DNA of 64,000 bases, taken from the NCBI RefSeq assembly GCF_032062105.1, contig NW_026936686.1:1-64000 (forward strand), in the 5' to 3' direction. The notes beneath the pieces were generated by a model, which was given only the letters and a program-made list of their open reading frames with translations, was not told where the DNA came from and searched no databases. This DNA is from Saccostrea cucullata. Its lineage: Eukaryota. This document shows, piece after piece, positions 52,350 through 61,114 of this stretch. The position numbers and the translations under genes were made by a program. The stretch's first letter is position 1. Every line of letters begins with the position of its first letter.

Positions 52350-54974
52350 ATGACAAAGAGGAAAAGCAATTTGAGTCTAAATCTCCCAAAAAGGCACAGA
52401 CACAGAGATAATGAAAATAAAGATATTTCAAATGCACAAAAGCGGAAACGAATTTTCTCAACGCCTTCAAAAAGGATATCGTTCCGCCCATGGTGCACTA
52501 ACTTTCAGGGAACAAGATTGGGATGTAAGACCCCATCAAAGACGGTCAGAAAATCACCTTCAAAATCTCCAGCTCGGAAAATTCCCAGAACGCAGTTATT
52601 CAACGAATCGCTGATCAACCGCTCTGAGGACAATTTTGATATGATACCAATAGGTAACGAAAGAGAAAATAGTACTCTCCTAGATAAATTCTTAGAACTG
52701 GCACCAGATGTTGTTTCTGCGATTCAAAGACATGATCAGGGTTGCAATTTTTATAACCTGTTACAGTTGATTGCACAAGAAAGGTTTCCATGGAGAAATA
52801 TTTCATACACCCTGCTCAGTGATATTATTCAGTGGCACAGTAAAGAAAATACAACATGCATGCGATATAGCAATGAATCAAAACTTTTCTGGAAGCTGGG
52901 CTGGATTATATTTGGGGGTAAATTTATTAGATTTATGAGTGGATTCAAAAATGCCACACAACTTATATCTGGAGAAACGAGTCGCGGAAAATTCAAGCCC
53001 GACAAAGCTGATGTTAACTTTGCTGTGCCAGATATCTCCGTTCTTCGTAGTTTTTCTCCGTATGGTACCCAATCTCCTCACAGATCACCAGGAATATTTA
53101 CCGATTTGATGAAGGACATTGCAACAGCACTGCAAAACACTTCTGCATGTTTATCTTTTGATGGAAAAAAACTTAAACAAGGTTTGACAGACAGAACAGG
53201 TGATATAGACCTTCTTGGATTTGAAAAGGGAAAGTCACTGCATCAAAGGCAAAAAGAAAGATTTGAAGAACTAGATAGAATAAAGGAAATTTTAGACATA
53301 ATTACATCTAGAGCAGACGAAGAAGATGTACAGGAAATGCCCATTGATTTGAAGAGAAATATATGCAAACTGCTCAAAGGCATTCTATTATCACTGTCCA
53401 AATATGCACAGATTTCTCGAAAAACAAAAGTCAAAAAGAGCTACGCAAAAGAAAAATTCATCCAGAGATCTGGTGCAGACTGGAAGCGAGGACAATTTGT
53501 GTACGTCATCAGTGCCATTAATGCACTACTTTTTGAAATTGACGCTTTCTTAACAAGTTACAAAGACGTCATAGAAAAGATATGCTTTTATGTGTCTGTG
53601 CTCCAAGGATCCCATGGTCAATACATTTTAGGGAAAAATGTTCATTTGAACGCTTGTGAAAATTATGAGGCCCTATCCACAACAGAATCAACAGATACTC
53701 GTCTTGTTAAGCAGCGTTCCGAAACATGGTTTTACATTAGGAGGGAGGGGAGAGTTTCCGGTAGTACTATATATGCAGCAGTTGGTTTGGATGGATTAAA
53801 AAAGCTACAAGAGCATTTTGAGCGTGTTGTTTGCAAACTGCCCGAAAAAGAAAAAACAGAGTCATTGAAACAGATATTAGAATATGGAACAGAGAATGAG
53901 ATAAATGCGGTTTCAACCTTGGTATCTAAAGTTCTACCTGTTCTGTATCCGGATTTAGTGTACTTTGAAGAAGGTTGTATTCGATTACAATACAATGGAA
54001 ATACATTTATGATTGTGTCGCCTGATGGAAGCATACGACACAGAATCAATGGAAAGACGGTCGATATAATGAGCGTTGAATTCAAGTGTCCAATACGAAG
54101 TTTGCATGAAGAGTTGCCTGAAAGGTACTTGCTTCAATGTCTTGCAGAAATGGAAGCTTTAAAAGTAGAAAAGTCTCTTTATGTCTGCTGGAGACCTGAC
54201 TTAACAAGTGTGTTTGAAGTGTCCCATAATCATGAGCTTTTCGATCGTGTGGTAGGAGAAGCTGCTACTATGTATTGCATAGAAAATCCAAAACGTCCAA
54301 CCAAACTTCCAAATTCCCTAGCAGAAATTAGAGCACTTATAAAGCAAGAGTGTAATAAGGCAAAGTTCTTAGGAGAATTTCCGTCTACATTTGATTGTCA
54401 GGAAGATTGCATTAACAGAGGTTTTACCAGAAATGTTACTAACAAAGATCTACAAGATTTGATTAAAAAACTCCACTGTTTATTGATAGACGGATATGAG
54501 CTTCAAAGAGAGAAAGCTACAGAGGCAATGGTGTTTTTATGTTGTGACCTGGACAGAAATTGGTCAAAGGATCCGTTTAGATGGGCCCCAGTCTGCTGGT
54601 TTCCAAAGGGGTACAGCCTAACAAATGAGATATTTAGACCAATTGTGGAGGAGGTCCGAAACCAGTGTCATCAAAATGGAATACATGTACCGTGTTCTTC
54701 CTTTGATGGGCAATGGCATAATATTGCAGTTAGAAGTGTCAAAGGCGAACCATTGACAATCTATCAGTTGCAAAAGGATGTATGGCGTTTTGTGGAGAAA
54801 ACACAGAAATCCCAGATTGTAAAAGCTTTCAGCACAATCAACATGAATCCCACTTGGACAATTACGAGGGTCAGGTGCTCTGAAGAAGACAAAAGAAATG
54901 AGACTGTTCATATCTTATTCAAAGGCGAACCATTGACAATTTACTTTACACAATTTTCAAACAAATTAAATTGA
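52350..54974 (+). CDS. Putative DDE transposase with inserted YqaJ/lambda-exonuclease-like domain, probably C-terminally truncated
   Basis: YqaJ motifs QRSETW..R..RVSGS, YGTENE, EEG, VSPDG, VEFKCP, YLLQC (~53712-54200). They are flanked by RNase-H-like, P-element-like segments CLSFDGKKL..GDIDLLG (Asp at 53160) and ATEAMVFL..W..APVCWF..GIHVPCSSFDGQ (Asp at 54705). The basic N-terminus resembles an NLS. Confidence 0.8.
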   Translation: MTKRKSNLSLNLPKRHRHRDNENKDISNAQKRKRIFSTPSKRISFRPWCTNFQGTRLGCKTPSKTVRKSPSKSPARKIPRTQLFNESLINRSEDNFDMIPIGNERENSTLLDKFLELAPDVVSAIQRHDQGCNFYNLLQLIAQERFPWRNISYTLLSDIIQWHSKENTTCMRYSNESKLFWKLGWIIFGGKFIRFMSGFKNATQLISGETSRGKFKPDKADVNFAVPDISVLRSFSPYGTQSPHRSPGIFTDLMKDIATALQNTSACLSFDGKKLKQGLTDRTGDIDLLGFEKGKSLHQRQKERFEELDRIKEILDIITSRADEEDVQEMPIDLKRNICKLLKGILLSLSKYAQISRKTKVKKSYAKEKFIQRSGADWKRGQFVYVISAINALLFEIDAFLTSYKDVIEKICFYVSVLQGSHGQYILGKNVHLNACENYEALSTTESTDTRLVKQRSETWFYIRREGRVSGSTIYAAVGLDGLKKLQEHFERVVCKLPEKEKTESLKQILEYGTENEINAVSTLVSKVLPVLYPDLVYFEEGCIRLQYNGNTFMIVSPDGSIRHRINGKTVDIMSVEFKCPIRSLHEELPERYLLQCLAEMEALKVEKSLYVCWRPDLTSVFEVSHNHELFDRVVGEAATMYCIENPKRPTKLPNSLAEIRALIKQECNKAKFLGEFPSTFDCQEDCINRGFTRNVTNKDLQDLIKKLHCLLIDGYELQREKATEAMVFLCCDLDRNWSKDPFRWAPVCWFPKGYSLTNEIFRPIVEEVRNQCHQNGIHVPCSSFDGQWHNIAVRSVKGEPLTIYQLQKDVWRFVEKTQKSQIVKAFSTINMNPTWTITRVRCSEEDKRNETVHILFKGEPLTIYFTQFSNKLN

Positions 54975-55429
54975 TGTATCACGAATTCCTTGATTTGAAG
55001 AATTTTAGTTTGGAATACAATAAAAGTTATGCACAAAACGTTTGATTTATTATGATTTATTTAGCATTAACAAGTAACAATGTTTGCAAAGTACTATGCA
55101 AAAATAAACAAAATCAATATGAAATCATACCTGAATACTTAGTAAAACAATAAACGAGGAGAAAAAACATTGCTTTTTGTTAGAACAATTTTACGAAATA
55201 TGAAAAATCAACTGGATTTCTTCCAAATATCTCAAATTAATCTATAAAAAGAACTGTTTCTCTGAACAAAAAAAGTAATGAATGTGTACAAGCAAAGACA
55301 GAAAATTTACACATTAACCATGTTAAGCAGAACAAAACATTTAAAATGATGTCACATTTCACTCGAATGTTACAGAAAGAGAATTAGCCTAGAATGTAAA
55401 ACATCTGTTCATACCAAATAATACTATCC

Positions 55430-58250
55430 TTAATCATTTTTACTGTGTCTCTCTAGGTGTTTATCAAGATAGCGCTTTGTTTTGAAGACTTTCTTGCAAA
55501 CTCCACAAGGATACAAGCAGGCATTGTGAAGTTTGAAATGTCTATTCATATTACTTTGGAACCTAAACAATTTGTTGCATTCTTTGCATCTATGTCTCTT
55601 TTCACCTGTGTGCGTTCCCATATGATCCATTAATTGCGCTTTCTGTTCAAATGGCATATTACACTGATCACACTTGTACTTCATCCTTTTCTCCTCTCTC
55701 TTTGTATGACGTTCCAAATCTTTTATTGAGAAAAATTTCTTCTTACAAGTTCTGCATTCATATTTCCTAATTTTAATATGTTTACAATCGTGTCGTCTGA
55801 AATTGGCATTGCTGTAAAAGGCTAATCCGCATTCTTTACACTTGTAAGGTCCAACTCTCGAATGTCTTAACTCGTGCTGCCTTAATGAGCTCAAGTTTGA
55901 TAGTTCCTTGGCACAAAATTGGCAAAGTCTTTTTGAGATCTCACTACAAAGGATGAGGAAAAGAGTGGAATAACTTATTTTATGCTCAAATATTAGCAAC
56001 AATAAACATACTAGTGTCAAAAGTCTTTTTACAAAAAGCCAAATAAGGATCCAGGAACTTTTTCGAGGGGGAGGGGGGGGGGGGGTTACACAAAATCAAA
56101 AAATATTTTGACCCTAAAACATTTTGATAAACAACAAGCAAAAAAAAAAATAAATAATAAAAAAATAAACAAACATGGAAAAATTATTTCGAGTATTTGT
56201 ATGTAAGAGGGTGTTTGTTTCTGTGTTTTTGGAGGGGCATGATACTTAACATAGAAATATCGTAAAGAACTTAGAATATAAAATCTAGATTCTGGATATC
56301 CTTCTAGATCCGCGCTTGTAAAATCGCGGTAAAGGATGAGGTGACTTGCGGCCCCTCGTATACTGACAAAAAATTAAATGTCTAAATTTTACTCAAATTT
56401 TTGAATGTAACTAATCACTGATATGTGTACCTTTATAGAATACTAATTCTAACAAAAATAGAAACGTGATTTGAAAGATATAGATCTTTTATTGTGGTAG
56501 GGGTATCATGTTTACATTCAATTCCCATTGCATTTTAACCCCGCCCCACTCTTTGAAGCCCTTAAAATATACGAGCGCATGTAGGTACAATTTTCTCCTT
56601 TGGCTGGTCACTGTATTTTATTCAAATCTACCTATATGTGAAAGCAGAAAATTGTACCTAACTGCGCTCACATGCTATTTTTTAAAACATGTAAAATCTA
56701 GTTGGCCTTTCCCATTATAAACAGATCGACGGAACAAGGTTTTCTGATGTAAGAATGAATTCATATGCTAATCGAGGCACAGGCGATACTTTCTAACTGA
56801 CCAATCAGCTAAATGAAATTCGTTACGAGTGAGTACCACAAAAATATTATGGTAACATGCTTGGAATTTTACTGCTTTCCGATATCTTTTATGCATTTGA
56901 GTCACAGATTAGACACGGATCTACATATGTACCATTTCCGAGACCACAGTAAAATTTTTATACAGTTACAAATAATTGATAGAATATACATGATATACAT
57001 TAGTTTAAAGTTTTGTAGCGTGTTTGGTGAGCAATTCGTTAGGTCTGTACACGTATTCCCGAGTATCGGTGAATACAAGTTTCATGTGCATTTCTTGTCC
57101 TAAAAACCGTAAATGCTGAAAATTCATGCGTATTATTAAGTATAAACAGCATTGGCTGACCATTATAAAAGTTTGAAATGTAGAAAAGGACAACAGGTAA
57201 ATTGACCAAAACCACGTGTCTGCGATAAAATGTTAACGTAGTAAACCAGCATGTTTAGTTGTTCTGTCATCGGATTGGACAATGACTAAGTGCGAAATAA
57301 TAACAATAGCCATATAAGGTCTTCTCGGGCACGCATATCCCTCTATTGTACTAAGACCCGCCCATTCTCTTGCCATAAAAGAACATATTCGCACAAACCT
57401 GGCCGAATTTAGCTGTGATAGGGTCTAAAAAATCAAAGATAATGCAGTATTCCTTATAATTAAAATGTGTCTCAACTATTGAAACTATTCAAAAGGCGTC
57501 GTATTTATTCACTCATGTTTGAAAACTACCAACATCGTTATAGATTAAATATAATTCGTCGTGGAAAAAGGGGCCCCAGATAGCAGTTATGTCACATCAT
57601 CCTTTGATATAAATGAAAGTTAAACTCTTAATAAATTTAGGATTTTGCTTCTAGATTTGAGTTTCATCTTATAATTTTTATATGAATATAACCAAACAAA
57701 AAAAAATGAAGTATTAAGTACTAGTGTTTGAAAAGGTACTACAGGGATACGTTGTACAGGTCATTGTTAATAAACTATCGAATACCAGTCATTAAAAGGG
57801 AAACGTCAAGTTTTGATTGCATTGACAAAGAAAGGTATCATAATAATGTGGCCCATATCCCGTTTTAATACTGGTGTGCCCTACATCATTTCTAAAAAAG
57901 GGAGATTTTTACTTTTTCCCATGAATTAATAAACTTTCAAACAAGTCAAGATATTTCAAATGTTAGTTCTTAAGTGAACAAGGGGAGAAGAAAGTGTCTG
58001 ATTCATATGAAAATGTGAATAAGCGGTCGAGTTTTCAAAGTGTGTGCCCTACGTCCCGAGTTTTTCTCCCTTGTTTACAAACTGTGTCGAAGTGTTTGGA
58101 AGAATAAGATTCTATCACGGGCCAACGTAGAATATCTACGGTAGTTGACACTCTTTTGCATACTTTAGACAGTATATTGCGTTAATATTGTTTCGTTATT
58201 CGTGCAAAAAAACCAACTTCTTACCTCGAGGTGGAGTTTTCAAGCGCCAT
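55430..58250 (-). CDS. C2H2 zinc-finger protein, 6 fingers (one degenerate), ~179 aa; exons 58250-58225 and 55943-55430
   Basis: CxxC..H..H repeats with an HTGEK linker. Exon 1 (MALENSTS + AG|gtaag) joins in phase 2 to tttgtag|T GAG ATC TCA, matching the finger frame. Additional internal exons cannot be excluded. Confidence 0.8.
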
Positions 58251-58301
58251 TTTTGTGTGTTCTAATCCCGATTGATGACGTAGATTCCCCGCCGTGACTA
58301 T

Positions 58302-58840
58302 GTAGACAGTCTTCCAGGGGAAATATTACCATCTTCCGAGGGAGTGGCATTATCGGGTACATACCTGAACTTATAACAAACATCATTTGAAAATTTAAGT
58401 TCGATTGATAAAGTATTAAGGCAGAAAATTGAAAAATCTCGAATAACCCCGGCCCGGGTTTGCTTACCTAGTTTTACCAACACTCGTAGCGAACACCCCT
58501 GCCACCTAGCGTTATAATGCGGCACTAAATTTTGACAACTTGTATTCGTCTTCACTGAATATGCTTCATTCTTTGTGTGATTGAATTCACGTTCGTAATA
58601 GAGATAATCATTTAAGAAACTGTATCAATTTAAAAGAAAGTAAAATGAATTTACAAGAATAAAGCAACATAGAAGTAAGGGCAAAATGAAGAAGGATAAA
58701 AGTCAAAGTGAAATGTAATAAAGACGAATATGAAAACAATAAAGCGACGTATAATTACAACAATAACAAAGCCTAAAGAAGTAGGCAGAATAAGAATAAA
58801 AGCAAGATACATAGACTTTTGGCGGTAATTCCCTTCCATA
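58302..58840 (-). repeat. Dispersed repeat adjoining, and probably interrupted by, the CAC element
   Basis: 58397-58840 matches 45319-45762 in inverted orientation. Similar cccc..ggaag / gggggaa motifs occur on the other side of the CAC element (~51480-51609). Confidence 0.6.
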
Positions 58841-59528
58841 GTCTGGTAGCAGGAAACATGCAAGACTATTTTTTTTTTTTTTGCCTTATGTAATATTTAT
58901 GTACATGTAATAAAATTATGTAACTATGTACTTGTTGTATGCTCAAAAGGGTGTTGATTATAAAGATATAGATTCTTAAAGAAATATTAAATACTACAGG
59001 TAAAGCAAACTTTGGACTAGACAGTGTATTCAGCTTTCTCTGCTGAAATAATGTGGCCAAATCAAGTGTCACCTGGAATGAGGAATGGCAAGGGTGCTTT
59101 TTACTTTAACTCCAAAATAGCCATTGGTTTGTATTTAAAACTTCATTTGTTTCCTTTCTTATTTTTTCCTTTCAGTTTACACTTGCACATGTATCAGGGT
59201 AAATCCAGAATTTTTTTCCAAGGAGGGGGGTGGGGTTGGTAAAAAGGAGGTGTTTTATAATACATGTATTATAGATTTAAATTTATGATTTTAAGTCCTT
59301 GTATTTTTAAGTTACACACCATAATGTACAAATTATTGTATACATGTAGAAGAATTTTCTGAGTCAAATAATTTCTCAAAGATCATATTAATATTTCAGG
59401 AAAGTTCAAGCCAGATCTACTATAGCAAACTGAACATAAAGTGGCATACTTGTGTGACAGGAATCCATTAATATGTATGCTTGGACTGAGATTCTAACTG
59501 GGGATCCCTGCATCGCTAGTCAGGTGCT

Positions 59529-60919
59529 CTATTGACTTAAATACATGTACCAGTAAATGCTTGTGTATAGACATGCAAAAAAGACATATTGTACGAGGGT
59601 TGTCCCAAAAAGTCGTAGACAATGTTCATAACTTTTTAAACACGCAACCAATACTAACCAAATTTTGCATAGATATAATACATTCAATGTTCTTTAAAAT
59701 TGTGAATTTGTAAATAAATATCTTTCATATTAATTATATTGGAGCGATATGGTCTGTCGGCGCACGACCAAAATTTGGAATGATTTACGCATATAACTAT
59801 TACATTTGCTTTTATTTCTTTGGTACTATGTAAAAGATTGAATTAAAATTTATATCACTGAAACCAGAATCACAATCGTAATAATATGTCAAAATTTCAG
59901 AGAAATTGAATTAGAAACAGACGACTAATGGCATGATTTTCAAAGTCTTGTTGGAATTAAGACTGATGAAAATGACGTCATCGAATGCGTACCCGGCGCA
60001 AGGAAATGTGATAAATTGTTTTTGGTATGTTTAATCTTCATCAGAGACGGGGGAAAAGAGTACAAAAAGGATATTACACACTAGATTTTAAGAGAGAAGT
60101 TGTTTTTAAATAGCATGAGATTCAAAGATAGTTTTTTCCTCTATATCGAAAAAAAGGTATTGCATGTAAGAAGTAGAGTACTGTTAGTTAAACGCAGACA
60201 TTTGGGAACGTTCTAGGCCATGAACGTGGTCAAACACTGTGTATTCTCTGCTTCTATTGACTTAAATACATGTACCAGTAAATGCTTGTGTATAGACATG
60301 CAAAAAAGACATATTGTACGAGGGTTGTCCCAAAAAGTCGTAGACAATGTTCATAACTTTTTAAACACGCAACCAATACTAACCAAATTTTGCATAGATA
60401 TATAATACATTCAATGTTCTTTAAAATTGTGAATTTGTAAATAAATATCTTTCATATTAATTATATTGGAGCGATATGGTCAGTCGGCGCACGACCAAAA
60501 TTTGGAATGATTTACGCATATAACGATTACATTTGCTTTATTTCTTTGGTACTATGTAAAAGATTGAATTAAAATTTAAATCACTGAAACCAGAATCACA
60601 ATCGTAATAATATTTAAAAATTTTTGAGAAATTGAATAAACAGACGACTAATGGCATGATTTTCAAAGTCTTGTTGGAATTAAGATGGATGAAAATGACG
60701 TCGTCGAACGCGTACCCGGCGCACGGAAATGATAAATTGTTTTTGGTTTGTTTAATCTTCATCAGAGACGGGGAAAAAGAGTACAAAAAGGATAATATTA
60801 CTCACTAGATTTTAAGAGAGAAGTTGTTTTTAAATAGCATGAGATTCAAACATAGTTTTTTCCCCTATATCGAAAGAAAGTTATTGCATGTAAGAAGTAG
60901 AGTACTGTTAGTTAAACGC
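59529..60919 (+). repeat. Tandem duplication, ~724-bp period, each copy containing a mariner-like TIR start
   Basis: 59529-60195 is repeated at 60253-60919; TA|CGAGGGTTGTCCCAAAAAGT occurs in both copies. Confidence 0.9.
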
Positions 60920-61114
60920 CAATCTAATTAAAATTAGATCCTTTGATCCGCTCACCTAAGATCGCTACACAAAGGATCTAACAACTGCGCGTTAGGGGTC
61001 ACCTCAGCATGACCTTTTGAAAAAAATATACAGCCAATGAAAATTGGTATGTGACGTCATCATCCGACCAATGAGTAAGAGTGTTTTATACAGCTTCTAG
61101 CTTACACAAGCAAA

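Larger units (their letters stand above)
51615..58296. mobile_element. DNA transposon, 6682 bp, 52-bp TIR (51/52 identical), CAC termini, 5-bp TSD ACTAT; superfamily not recognised
   Basis: actat|CACGGCGGGGAATCTACGTCATCAATCGGGATTAGAGCACACAAAAATGGCG (51615-51666) and its reverse complement at 58245-58296|actat. Two convergent genes lie inside. Confidence 0.92.

Noticed and set aside
51615-58296. ProtoRAG/Transib assignment
   Set aside because: CAC ends, 5-bp TSD and convergent genes are suggestive, but I see no RAG1/Transib core motifs, no RSS-like heptamer/nonamer, and the partner is a C2H2 protein rather than a kelch/PHD RAG2-like protein.
51611-58299. Alternative boundary TCAC...GTGA with 3-bp TSD CTA
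   Set aside because: Compatible with the sequence, but the 5-bp ACTAT reading explains more matching bases. Other copies are needed to settle it.
45319-58840. 440-bp inverted repeats as TIRs of a 13.5-kb element
   Set aside because: No convincing TSD. The left copy is truncated while the right continues up to the CAC element. Better explained as two dispersed copies, though not fully excluded.
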